Shown: positions 19,765 to 29,526, counted from the stretch's first letter. The stretch: 64,000 nucleotides of DNA from an uncultured Chloroflexia bacterium (GCA_963745295.1 CAVUWG010000001.1:131286-195285); one strand, 5' to 3'. The notes: generated by a model from the sequence alone, not told the origin. A program made the numbers and translations.

Positions 19765-20538
19765 TCAGCCGCTCGTCGATCCGACGAACGCGATGACCCT
19801 CGACCAGGCGTCGGCGCTCGCGTCGGCGAACTCGGCGGCCTTGCGGTCGAAGAAGCTGTGCGGCGCGCCCGGGTAACTCACGACCTCGTGCACGACGTCG
19901 GCCGCGTCGAGGGCCTCCTCGAATGCGGCCACGTGGTCCGGCGGGATGCCAGCGTCGGCACCGCCGAAGATCGCGAGCACCGGCGTGTCGATCTGGCTTG
20001 CGACGTCGGTCGGCGCCGGGGCGTCGTTGCGCCATGGGCCGACGACCGTCCCGTAGAGCCCGATGACGCCCGCCAGCCCGAGGCCCAGGGTCCCGGCCAG
20101 GTATGACATCCGGCCGCCCATGCAGAATCCGATGGTGTAGATCGCGGACGCCGCAGCGCGATCGCCCTCCTCGGCCCGGAGCGCCGCGACGCCTGCCCCG
20201 ATGTCCGTGGCGATCCCGCCCCACGTCGTGGCGCTGACGTGGGGCGCGTAGTCGAAGTCCTCGCCCCGGCCGTCGTCGCCCGCGGTCCGGCCGAAGTAGT
20301 CGATGGCCAGGGCCTCGACGCCGCGCTCCGCGAAGCGCAGGGCCAGCTCCTCGTAGAACGGGTGGAGGCCGCGGACGTCGGGCAGGATCACGATGCCGGC
20401 GCCCGTCGGTTCGGCCGGTCGCGCCCGGAAGGCGGCCAGGCGGTTGCCGTCGGCGGCGGTCAGGGTCACCCGTTCGGCGTCGAGGGCGCCGCCCGCGATC
20501 GGTGGGATGGGCGGTCGGCTGTCGAGATCGAAGCACAT
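19765..20538 (-). CDS. dienelactone hydrolase family protein
   Basis: ORF 19765..20538 shows an alpha/beta-hydrolase DLH pattern (GIVILPDVRGLHPFYEELA, GFCMGG nucleophile elbow). Confidence 0.8.
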   Translation of the reverse strand: MCFDLDSRPPIPPIAGGALDAERVTLTAADGNRLAAFRARPAEPTGAGIVILPDVRGLHPFYEELALRFAERGVEALAIDYFGRTAGDDGRGEDFDYAPHVSATTWGGIATDIGAGVAALRAEEGDRAAASAIYTIGFCMGGRMSYLAGTLGLGLAGVIGLYGTVVGPWRNDAPAPTDVASQIDTPVLAIFGGADAGIPPDHVAAFEEALDAADVVHEVVSYPGAPHSFFDRKAAEFADASADAWSRVIAFVGSTSG

Positions 20539-20754
20539 CGGTCGAGGTCCCTCCGGTGTGGTCTTGGTCGGTGCGGCACGGTGCGGCGCCGCGCCAATCA
20601 GAAGTACCGCGTGCGGCTAGGGGTCGTTATGCACATTGTGGAGCGAACGGACCACTCCTAGCCTGCGGCGCAAGGGTGCTTGGAGCCTACTTCGCCTCCC
20701 GAGCGAAGGCACCCCATCTCGGGAGGCTTCGAATCACATCAAGGGGGGTCGCTC

Positions 20755-22183
20755 GTGCACGTCACCTCGCCCCGAAGGATGCGGATCGTCGCGCGCGGTC
20801 TGCCGATCTTCATCCTCGTCTTGCTCGCCACGCTCGCCGCGGCACCCGCCGCGGCCGCCCATCACGCCTCGGTCAAGGCCTCGGCCACGTGTGTCGACGG
20901 TCACTACGTCATCGACTGGCGCGCCCTCTCGTGGGTGGCCACTGACGGCACGACCGAGACCGGTGGATCCGCCGCTCCCTGGCGCGGCCTGAACCAGAAG
21001 CCGGGTATCACCGTCAGCTACCGACTCGGGTGGGGTCATGTCAAGCGGGTCCCGGGCGTCCACACGCTCACGGCCGCCGAGACGACGCCGGTCGTCGTCA
21101 AGGGCACGACCCGTCAGTTCCCATCGGCATCGGGCTCGTTCGACCTGCGTGGCAACGCGCGAGGCGAGCTGGTGCTGCGCATCAAGGCCGGGCCATGGGG
21201 CCCGAACCCGGCGAACGGCCGGTACACCTACCACCGCTGGAATGCCGGCGCCTACGCGGTCATCAAGCTCAAGGGCGATTGCGGGACGTCGACCCCGACG
21301 GATCCGCCCGCACCGACGCCTCCGCCGGCGATCCCCGGAGCGTCCGCGGCGTCCGTGTGCGTCGGCACGGCCGCGGTCATCCGCGTCGGCCTGGCCAACA
21401 CCAATGCCGCGGGCGGCAACGCCTTCGCCTTCACGGTCAGCGCGCCGGCCGCCGGTTCGAAGCCGAGCTTCAACCAGTCGGTGACGGTCGCGGCCAACGG
21501 CTCGAGCTCGCTCGACGTTCCGGTCGACGAGAACGGCAGCCGCACGGTCACGGTCGCCGGTACCGGGTTCTCGCAGTCCTTCACGCGGACGGCAAACTGC
21601 GTGGACGACCCGCAGCCGAACGCGTCCGCTGACCAGGTCTGCGCCGGTGACCAGGGGGCCATCCGGGTCACCCTGACCAACGCCAACGAGGCGGACGGCG
21701 AGTCGGTGACGTTCACCGTGACCTCGCCGGCCACCGGCTCACAGCCGGCGTTCTCGACGGCGACCATCGTCGAGGGCGGCGACGTCCGCAGCCTTGACGT
21801 GCCGGTCGACAAGGGAACCGAGCGGACCGTCACCGTGGGCGCTCCTGGCATGACCACGGCGTCGTTCACGCGGACGGTCGACTGCGTCGCACCGGCCCAG
21901 CCGAATGCCTCGGCAGTCGACGTTCTGCGATGGGACGGTCTTCCAGCTCGTCATGACCCTGTCCAACGAGAATGCCGTCGGGGGGGCCTCGGCCACCTTC
22001 ACGGTCGATGTCGTGGCCGCTGGGTCACAGCCGGCCCTGCACCAGACGTTCGTCGTCGCGGGTGGCGGCAGCCGAGAGGTGACGGTCACGGCCGACGAGG
22101 GCACGAGTCGCTCCGGCATGGTCAGCGCGCCGGGCATGTCGACCCTGACGTTCACGACGATGGTGGCCGACTGCGCTGAGTAG
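20755..22183 (+). pseudogene. secreted protein with three tandem Cys-bounded ~95-aa repeats, one apparent frameshift in repeat 3
   Basis: The start is GTG 20755, after 'aagggggg'. The signal peptide is MRIVARGLPIFILVLLATLAAAPAAAAHHA. ORF 20680..22179 carries the N-domain and repeats 1-2. Repeat 3 continues in ORF 21905..22183 (…FCDGTVFQLVMTLSNENAVGG…TTMVADCAE). The break lies at about 21913-21917. Confidence 0.65.
21340..22180 (+). repeat. three tandem ~285-bp coding repeats (protein-level repeats of about 95 aa)
   Basis: Three units align: ASAASVCVGTAAVIRVGLANTNAAGGNAFAFTVSAP...FTRTANCV, NASADQVCAGDQGAIRVTLTNANEADGESVTFTVTSP...FTRTVDCV and NASA-STFCDGTVFQLVMTLSNENAVGGASATFTVDVV...FTTMVADC. 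Confidence 0.7.
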
Positions 22184-22271
22184 CGGCCGCCACCCTGCCC
22201 GCCCGGCCGGTCCCACGACCGACCGGGCGGCTCGCTGTCCGGCTCCGTTTGGGACCGCCGATCTCGGGCGG

Positions 22272-22277
22272 TAGAAT
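22272..22277 (+). promoter_or_regulatory. candidate -10 element (TAGAAT) for aspartate kinase
   Basis: 'ggTAGAATgcccgccggATG': the hexamer ends 10 nt before ATG 22287. That implies a leaderless or near-leaderless transcript. The call rests on sequence inspection only. Confidence 0.3.
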
Positions 22278-22286
22278 GCCCGCCGG

Positions 22287-23540
22287 ATGCCTGCCCCCCT
22301 CGTCGTCCAGAAATACGGTGGCTCGTCGCTTGCCGACGCGGACCGGATCAAGCGTGTCGCCCGGCGGATCGCCCGCGAGCGCGCGGCCGGTCACGACCTC
22401 GTGGTGGCCGTGTCGGCGATGGGCGACACGACCGATGAGCTGCTCGGCCTCGCGGCGGCCATCACCGACGAGCCCGACCCGCGCGAGCTCGACGTCCTGC
22501 TCGCCACCGGCGAACACCAGGCGGCGACGCTGCTGTCGATGGCCCTGCACGGCCTCGACATCCCGGCCATCAGCCTGAGCGGGCCGCAGGCCGGCATCAC
22601 CACCGACGGCCGGTACGGCCGGGCCCGCATCGCGGGCGTCGAGCCGCGCCGGATCCGCGCGGAGATCGAGGCCGGCAAGGTCGTCATCGTGGCGGGCTTC
22701 CAGGGCCAGGGCACCGGCCAGGACGAGATCACGACGCTCGGCCGCGGCGGGACCGACACGACCGCGGTCGCCCTCGCCGTCGCCCTCAAGGCCGGCCGCT
22801 GCCAGATCTTCACCGACGTTCGCGGCATCTACACCGCGGATCCGCGGCTCGTGCCCGCCGCCCGGCAGTTGCCGGTCATCGGCTACGAGGAGATGCTCGA
22901 GCTCGCCCACCAGGGCGCCCAGGTCATGCAGGTCCGCGCCGTCGAGCTGGCCTGGGTCAACGACGTCATCATCGAGGTCCTCAGCTCGTTCGAGGACGCC
23001 CCCGGCACGCTCATCAGGGAGGATCCGCTCGTGGAGCAGCGCAACAAGGTCCGCGGCCTCGCCCACGACCGGAACGTCGCGAAGGTCACGATCGTGAACG
23101 TCCCCGACCGCCCGGGGGTCGCCCGGTCGATCTTCGAGCCGCTCGCCGAGGCGGGCGTGAACATCGACATGATCGTCCAGAACGTCGGTCACGGCGGCTC
23201 GACCGACATGTCGTTCACGGTCCCCCGGGTCGAGCTCGCCCGCTGCAAGAAGGTGCTCGAGCCACTCGTCCGCGAGCTGGGCGCCCGGGAGCTGACCACC
23301 GACGCATCGGTCGGCAAGGTGTCGATCGTGGGGGCCGGGTTGCACAACGCGCCCGGCTACGCCGCCCGGATGTTCGGGGTGCTCGCGGACGCGGGCGTCA
23401 ACATCGAGATGATCTCGACGTCCGAGGTGCGCATCACCTGCATCGTCGCCGAGGACGAGCTGGAGACGGCCCTTCGAGCGCTCCACGAGGCCTTCGAGCT
23501 CGAGCGGCCCGAGACCGTCGACGTCGCCGCGGCCGGCTGA
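22287..23540 (+). CDS. ask: aspartate kinase
   Basis: ORF 22287..23540 (VVQKYGGSSLADADRIKRVA...). It has two C-terminal ACT domains. Confidence 0.9.
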   Translation: MPAPLVVQKYGGSSLADADRIKRVARRIARERAAGHDLVVAVSAMGDTTDELLGLAAAITDEPDPRELDVLLATGEHQAATLLSMALHGLDIPAISLSGPQAGITTDGRYGRARIAGVEPRRIRAEIEAGKVVIVAGFQGQGTGQDEITTLGRGGTDTTAVALAVALKAGRCQIFTDVRGIYTADPRLVPAARQLPVIGYEEMLELAHQGAQVMQVRAVELAWVNDVIIEVLSSFEDAPGTLIREDPLVEQRNKVRGLAHDRNVAKVTIVNVPDRPGVARSIFEPLAEAGVNIDMIVQNVGHGGSTDMSFTVPRVELARCKKVLEPLVRELGARELTTDASVGKVSIVGAGLHNAPGYAARMFGVLADAGVNIEMISTSEVRITCIVAEDELETALRALHEAFELERPETVDVAAAG

Positions 23541-23561
23541 GCTGGCCATGCGCAGGTCGCG

Positions 23562-24374
23562 ATGAACCAATTCCTGGCCCGGTCGCAGCGATTCCCGAGC
23601 GTCGGCTCGACGAACGACGTCGTTCGCGACTGGCTGGCGGACGGGACGCCGGAGGTCTGCCTCGCCATCGCCGACGAGCAGACCGCCGGCCGTGGCCGCG
23701 AGGGCCGCTCGTGGGTCGCGCCGGCCGGCGCCTCGCTCCTGCTGTCGCTCGGCTTCCGGCCGACGTGGCTCGCGCCGGATCGGGCGTGGCAGCTCGCCGC
23801 GGTGGCCTCGCTCGCGATGGCCGACGCCGCCGAGTCGATGGCCGGCCTGGACGCCGGGAGCATCCGCCTGAAGTGGCCGAACGACCTCGTCGTGGAGGCG
23901 GGCACCGCGAGCGCGCGCAAGCTGGCCGGGGTGCTCGGCGAGACCAGCGGCCTCGGGACGCGCGATCCGCGGGTCATCATCGGGCTTGGAATCAACGCGG
24001 ACTGGCGGGCCGCCGACTTCCCGGTCGAGCTGGCCCCATCGATGACCTCGCTGCGTGAGGTGTCGCGCGGCCGGCCGGTCGACCGGATCGCGCTCGCGGC
24101 CGAGTTCGTGGCCGGCCTGCAGGGCCGCATCGGGTCGCTCCGTGGCGGCCGGTTCGATGCCGCCGGCTGGACCGGACGGCAACTCACGACCGGCCGGATC
24201 GTCCGCATCGACCGGCCCGACGGCAGCATCTGGACCGGGCCGGCGACCGGTGTCGACGCGACGAGCGGGGCCCTGCTGGTCGCGGACCCGGACGCGCCCG
24301 GCGGCGACCGACCGGTCCTCGTCGGCGAGGTCGTCCACGTCCGCCTGGCGGCCGCCGCCACGAGCGCGGTGTAA
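23562..24374 (+). CDS. birA: biotin--[acetyl-CoA-carboxylase] ligase
   Basis: ORF 23562..24374 has the BirA catalytic motif (QTAGRGREGRSWVAPAG, KWPNDL). No N-terminal HTH domain is evident. Confidence 0.85.
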   Translation: MNQFLARSQRFPSVGSTNDVVRDWLADGTPEVCLAIADEQTAGRGREGRSWVAPAGASLLLSLGFRPTWLAPDRAWQLAAVASLAMADAAESMAGLDAGSIRLKWPNDLVVEAGTASARKLAGVLGETSGLGTRDPRVIIGLGINADWRAADFPVELAPSMTSLREVSRGRPVDRIALAAEFVAGLQGRIGSLRGGRFDAAGWTGRQLTTGRIVRIDRPDGSIWTGPATGVDATSGALLVADPDAPGGDRPVLVGEVVHVRLAAAATSAV

Positions 24375-24378
24375 CGCG

Positions 24379-25008
24379 ATGGCCCGTCCGGCATTGTGGA
24401 GAGTAGGCCGACCGGATGAGGTCGGGCGCCGGCATGTCGTCCATCTCGATCGGGATCGCCCGCTCGTGGAGGCGGCGCAGGTCGACCCGACACGGTTCGA
24501 GGCCCTCTACCGGAAGTACGTCGCCCAGGTGTACAGCTACGCCGTCTACGAACTCCGCGACCGGCACGATGCCGAGGACGCCACCGAGCGCACGTTCCTG
24601 GCCGCCCTGACCCACCTCGGCCGGTTCGAGGAGCGCGCCCGGCCCGACGATGGCGAGGGCGCGTCCACGTTCCGCGTGTGGCTCTTCCAGATCGCCCGCA
24701 ACGTCGTCGCCGAACGGCGCCGCCAGGCCCGCCGCCGGCCCGAAGCCCCGCTCGAGGCGGCAGAGGGGGTCGCCGACGCGCTCGACCTCGAGGCCGATGT
24801 CACGCGCCGAGACGAGGCCCGGGCCGCCATGGGCGCCATCGGCCGACTCCGCGGCGACCGCCGCCAGGCCCTGGTGCTGCGGTTCGTCGAGGAGATGTCC
24901 ACCGCGGAGATCGCCGGTGTCCTCGGCAAGTCGGAGGGTGCCGTCCGCGTCCTCATCCATCGGGCCCTGCGGAGCGTCGCCCGCGACCTCGGCGAGGATG
25001 GCCGGTGA
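24379..25008 (+). CDS. ECF-type RNA polymerase sigma-70 family factor
   Basis: This is the tail of ORF 24055..25008 from ATG 24379. It has region 2 (FEALYRKYVAQVYSYAVYELRDRHDAEDATERTF) and region 4 (LRFVEEMSTAEIAGVLGKSEGAVRVLIHRA). Confidence 0.85.
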   Translation: MARPALWRVGRPDEVGRRHVVHLDRDRPLVEAAQVDPTRFEALYRKYVAQVYSYAVYELRDRHDAEDATERTFLAALTHLGRFEERARPDDGEGASTFRVWLFQIARNVVAERRRQARRRPEAPLEAAEGVADALDLEADVTRRDEARAAMGAIGRLRGDRRQALVLRFVEEMSTAEIAGVLGKSEGAVRVLIHRALRSVARDLGEDGR

Positions 25009-25511
25009 CCCTGCCGTCGGGCGGACGGGAGGGGAGCGAGATCGAGGCCCTCGTCACCGACCGCTATCTCGACACGCTCCTGGCCGCGCCCGCACCCACC
25101 GCCGCGACCCCCGAGGTCGGGCCCGCTGACGGCCTGCGCACGACGGCCGAGCGCCTGACCCGGCTGCCGCGGCTGCATCCGTCATTCCGCTTCGAGGAGG
25201 CCCTGTCGGCCAGGCTGACGGCGGCCGCGCTCGCCCGCCGCCTCCCGGTGGCCGCCGGCGCGGAAGGATCGGTCATCGCGCTGCGCGGCGACACCGTCCC
25301 TGAACCGATGGACACGGACCTGGCGGCCTACGTCGAGGGCCGCCCGATGGACGACGACGCAGACCTCCGGCCGTTGCTCATCGGCGGGGCGCTGACATCC
25401 GCGGCCCTCTCGCTCGCCGGGGCGGCGTATGTCGCGTGGCGTCTGCGCCGGCCGGTCGGGACGCCGATGGCGCGCGCGGTCCGGGCGGTCGCCCGGACGA
25501 GGCTGACCTGA
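25005..25511 (+). CDS. membrane-anchored hypothetical protein, anti-sigma-factor-like by position
   Basis: This is the tail of ORF 24678..25511 from GTG 25005 (GTGA overlap with the sigma gene). It has a single predicted TM helix ([22 protein letters not shown]). There is no zinc-finger motif. The functional call rests on context only. Confidence 0.45.
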   Translation: MTLPSGGREGSEIEALVTDRYLDTLLAAPAPTAATPEVGPADGLRTTAERLTRLPRLHPSFRFEEALSARLTAAALARRLPVAAGAEGSVIALRGDTVPEPMDTDLAAYVEGRPMDDDADLRPLLIGGALTSAALSLAGAAYVAWRLRRPVGTPMARAVRAVARTRLT

Positions 25512-27467
25512 TGCCGCTCAAACTGCCGTCCTTCCGCGCCCGGCGCGACGCGTACCCGACGGACCTCTGGACCAAGTGCCCGTCGTGCGAGACCCAGGTC
25601 TTCAACAAGCAGCTCGACAAGGCGCTCCGGGTCTGCCCGACGTGCGGCCATCACTTCCGCCTGTCCGCAGCCTCGCGGTTGGACCTGCTCCTCGACCCGG
25701 AGACCTGGCTCGAACGCGACGCCGGACTGCAATCGGTCGACGCACTCTCCTTCGTGGACCAGAAGGCCTACCCGGATCGCATCGTGGCGGCGCAGGCCGC
25801 GACCGGGATGCGCGACGCGGCCGTGTGGGGCACCGGCGCCATCGGCGGCCACGGGGTGGCCATCTGCGTCATGGACTTCGGGTTCATGGGCGGCTCGATG
25901 GGCGCGGTCGTCGGGGAGAAGGTGACCCGCGCCGCGGAGCATGCCCTCGCGAACCGTGTGCCGCTCGTGGTCGTGAGCGCCTCGGGCGGGGCGCGCATGC
26001 AGGAGGGCACGCTCGCCCTGATGCAGCTGGCCAAGACGCTCGCCGCGATCGAACGCCTGCGGGCGGCCGGCGTGCCGTTCATCTCGGTCCTCTCGGACCC
26101 GACGACTGGCGGCGTCTTCGCGTCCTTCGCCGCGGTCGGCGACGTCAACATCGCCGAGCCGAACGCGCTCATCGGGTTCGCCGGGGCGCGCGTCCAGGCG
26201 GGCACGATCTCGCAGGAACTGCCGGACGGTTTCCAGCGCGCCGAGTTCCTGTTCAGCCATGGCTTCATCGATCGCGTCGTCGCGCGATCCGCGCTGCGCG
26301 ATGAGCTGCTGGGCCTGCTCCGGCTGCTCCCCGTCGGCAACGGCGACGTGCCGGTCGAACCGGCCGAGGAGGACGTGCCGGCCTTCCGCCCGCTGTCCTT
26401 CCTCTCGACGCTCGCGGATCGGGTCGGCGAGCTGGCCGGCAGCGACGGCAGCACCCCGACGGACGGCACGATCACGAACGGGCCGTCGACCAACGGCGCG
26501 AGCCTCGGCGCCATCGCCGACGGACCCAGCGACGGTGCGTGGGCGCGGGTCCAGCTCGCCCGAAATCTGCGACGGCCGCGGACGCTCGAGTTCGTCGACG
26601 CCATGACCGACGAGTTCATCGAGCTCCACGGCGACCGCCTGTTCGGCGACGACGAGGCGATGGTCTCCGGGCTGGCCCGGCTCGACGGCCGGCCGGTGGC
26701 GGTCATCGGGCAGCAGAAGGGCGCCGACACCGACGAGAACATCCGGCGCAACTTCGGGATGCCCCACCCGGAGGGCTACCGCAAGGCGATGCGGATCATG
26801 GAGCTCGCCGAGCGCTTCGCATCTGCCGGTCGTCACGTTCGTGGACGTCCCGGGCGCCCATCCCGGCCCCGAATCCGAGGAACGCGGCATCGCCGAGGCG
26901 ATCGCCCGGTCCGTGGCCCTCATGACCCGCCTGCGCACCCCGATCGTGGCGGTCATCACCGGCGAAGGCGGCTCGGGCGGGGCACTCGCCATCGCCGTCG
27001 GCGACGTCGTCATCGCCCTCGAGAATGCCGTCTACTCGGTCATCAGCCCAGAGGGCTGCGCCGCGATCCTGTGGCGGACCTCCGACGAGGCACCCGCAGC
27101 CGCGGCCGCGATGCGCATGACGGCCGCTGAGCAGCACGAGCTCGGCGTCATCGACATCGTCGTCGCCGAACCGGCCGAGGGCGCACACACCGACCCGGCC
27201 GAGACGGCCCGTCGCCTGCGAGCGATCGTGGTCGACCGCCTGGAGGCTCTTTCGGCCATGACGATCGACGAACTCGTGGAGGCCAGGTACCGACGCTACC
27301 GGGCGCTGGGGTCCTACACTGAGGCCGAGCTGCCGGAGATGCCGCCAGCATCGGGTCGCGGGCTCGGGGACCGCCTGCGCGACCTGTTGGATCCTGGCCG
27401 GCGAACCGCCGGCGGCGCCGTCGGCTCGTGGACGCGCGACGAGCCACCCGCGCGCGAGGAGGTCTAG
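25511..27467 (+). pseudogene. accD: fused acetyl-CoA carboxylase carboxyltransferase beta-alpha (AccD-AccA), one apparent frameshift
   Basis: ATG 25511 shares a TGATG junction with the upstream gene. The AccD part has a Zn-ribbon (CPSCETQ...CPTCGHH). The AccA part runs to ...MELAERF in ORF 25436..27130. It then continues as [15 protein letters not shown]... in ORF 26841..27467. The break lies at about 26819-26823. Confidence 0.8.
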
Positions 27468-27470
27468 CGA

Positions 27471-28055
27471 GTGTCCGATCCGTCCCCGACCGAGCGCCGC
27501 GCCGTGCGAGGCGCCGCCGAGCGGGCGGCCGACCACGCGAGCATCGATCGCCTCGCGACCGAGCTGCTGCCCTCGCTGATGGCGAAGCTCTCGGCGACCG
27601 GCCTCGGCGAGCTCGAGGTCCGCGAAGGCGCCTGGAAGGTGCGGCTGCGCCGCCCGGCCGATGGCGCACCGGCTCGCGACCGGAAGGCCGAGCGATCGGG
27701 ACGCAGCGCGGGCGGCCATGGGCATGCGGGCGTCGGGACCGGCCTGACCCCGGTCGGGCCCGGTCGTGACGATCGCGACGGTCGGGATGGCCATGCCGGC
27801 GCGGACAGCCGGCGCGTCGTCGCGACCTCGCCGGCCGTCGGGATCTTCCAGCCGCGCCAGGAGACCAAGCCCGGCACGCGCGTTCGGGCCGGCGACCGGC
27901 TCGGCGGCATCGACGTGCTCGGCGTGTCGCAGGAGGTCGTGGCCCCGGTCGATGGCGTCGTCGGCGCCAGCCTGGCCGAATTGGGCGACGCCGTGGAGTA
28001 CGGCCAGGAGCTGATCGTCATCGAGCTGGCCACGGCGCCGGTCACGGACGGCTGA
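27471..28055 (+). CDS. BCCP-like biotin/lipoyl-attachment-domain protein lacking the biotinyl-lysine
   Basis: ORF 27471..28055 aligns end to end with BCCP, including the N-terminal helix region and the C-terminal barrel. However, the (E)AMKM position reads IDVLGVSQEV, with no Lys. Confidence 0.7.
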   Translation: MSDPSPTERRAVRGAAERAADHASIDRLATELLPSLMAKLSATGLGELEVREGAWKVRLRRPADGAPARDRKAERSGRSAGGHGHAGVGTGLTPVGPGRDDRDGRDGHAGADSRRVVATSPAVGIFQPRQETKPGTRVRAGDRLGGIDVLGVSQEVVAPVDGVVGASLAELGDAVEYGQELIVIELATAPVTDG

Positions 28056-28057
28056 CC

Positions 28058-29428
28058 GTGTTCCGAAAGGTCCTCATCGCCAACCGCGGCGAGATCGCGC
28101 TGCGGATCCTGCGCGGCTGCCGGGCCCTTGGGATCGAGGCGGTCGTCGCGTACAGCGAGGCCGATCGCGATTCGCTCCCGGTCCTGCTGGCCGATGAGGC
28201 CATCTGCATCGGACCGGCCGATGCGACGCGCTCGTACCTCTCGGCGCCGGCCGTCATCTCGGCCGCGCTGGTGACCGGCTCCGACGCCATCCATCCGGGC
28301 TACGGCTTCCTCTCGGAGGACGAGGCCTTCGCGGAGGTCGTCGCGGCACACGGGCTGACGTTCATCGGCCCGTCGGCCGGCGTCCTGGAGCGCTTCGCCA
28401 GCAAGGAGGGCACCCGCCGGCTGCTCGGGGAGCATGGCCTCCCGACGATCCCCGGCTCCGACGGCATGCTGCGCGACGAGATGCACGCGCTCGGCGAGGC
28501 CGAGCGGATCGGCTACCCGGTCCTCATCAAGCCCTCGGCCGGTGGTGGCGGCAAGGGCATGCGCATGGTCCGCACCCCGCGCGAGCTCGAATCGGTGCTG
28601 CGGGTCTGCCGGTCCGAGGCGAAGGCGGCGTTCGGCGACGACTCGCTCTATCTCGAGAAGTGGCTCGACGAGAACCGCCACGTCGAGGTCCAGGTGGCGG
28701 TCGATCGCTACGGCCACGGCGTCCACCTCGGCGAGCGCGACTGCTCGGTCCAGCGTCGTCACCAGAAGATCCTCGAGGAGGCGCCGACGCCGGCCCTGTC
28801 CGATGCGGCCCGCGCGGACCTCGCCGAGCGTGCCGTCAAGGCGGCCGTCTCGGCCGGCTACGAGAACGTCGGGACCCTCGAGTTCCTCGTCGACCGGACC
28901 GGGAACTTCTACTTCATCGAGATCAACTGCCGGATCCAGGTCGAGCACCCCGTGACGGAGATGCTCACCGGCATCGACCTCGTCACCACCCAGATCCGGA
29001 TCGCGGCCGGGGAGCCCCTCGGCTTCAGCCAGGCCGACGTCGTCTTCGACGGCCACGTCATCGAGTTCCGCATCAACGCGGAGGACCCGTCGGAGGAGTT
29101 CCGGCCGGGCGCCGGCGTCGTCGAGCGCTACCACGCCCCCGGCGGCCCGGGCGTGCGCATGGATTCCCACCTGTACACGGGCTACGAGGTGCCGCCCTAC
29201 TACGACTCCCTGCTCGGCAAGCTCCTCGTTTGGGGCCCGGACCGGGCGACCGCCATCGCCCGCGGGCGCGTGGCCCTCGACGAGCTGGTCGTGGACGGCC
29301 TGGTCACGAACGTGGCCATCCACCGCGCCCTCCTCGCCAACGAGAGCTTCCTCGAGGGGAAGTTCACGACGAACCTGCTGGACCGCGTCGGGGGTGCCGC
29401 GATCCTGGCGGCCGCCGCCCGAGCGTGA
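28058..29428 (+). CDS. accC: acetyl-CoA carboxylase biotin carboxylase subunit
   Basis: ORF 28058..29428 has ATP-grasp biotin carboxylase motifs throughout (KVLIANRGEIALRI..., EINCRIQVEHPVTE). Confidence 0.92.
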   Translation: MFRKVLIANRGEIALRILRGCRALGIEAVVAYSEADRDSLPVLLADEAICIGPADATRSYLSAPAVISAALVTGSDAIHPGYGFLSEDEAFAEVVAAHGLTFIGPSAGVLERFASKEGTRRLLGEHGLPTIPGSDGMLRDEMHALGEAERIGYPVLIKPSAGGGGKGMRMVRTPRELESVLRVCRSEAKAAFGDDSLYLEKWLDENRHVEVQVAVDRYGHGVHLGERDCSVQRRHQKILEEAPTPALSDAARADLAERAVKAAVSAGYENVGTLEFLVDRTGNFYFIEINCRIQVEHPVTEMLTGIDLVTTQIRIAAGEPLGFSQADVVFDGHVIEFRINAEDPSEEFRPGAGVVERYHAPGGPGVRMDSHLYTGYEVPPYYDSLLGKLLVWGPDRATAIARGRVALDELVVDGLVTNVAIHRALLANESFLEGKFTTNLLDRVGGAAILAAAARA

Positions 29429-29526
29429 CCGCCGATCCGGCCGCGCGATGCAGACCTGCACATACCTTGTCGCTCGACCCGGCGCCGAGCGGCCAGACTT
29501 GACCCGCACGTGACCTGGAGCCGCCC

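Noticed and set aside
20600-20754. A cyclic-di-AMP (ydaO-type) or other known riboswitch in the leader of the secreted repeat protein.
   Set aside because: I could not match the conserved ydaO cores by eye. Only a generic hairpin is supported. A covariance-model scan is needed.
22184-22286. A lysine riboswitch upstream of aspartate kinase.
   Set aside because: The region is only ~100 nt. It lacks the L-box conserved helices and contains only a terminator-like hairpin and a -10-like hexamer.
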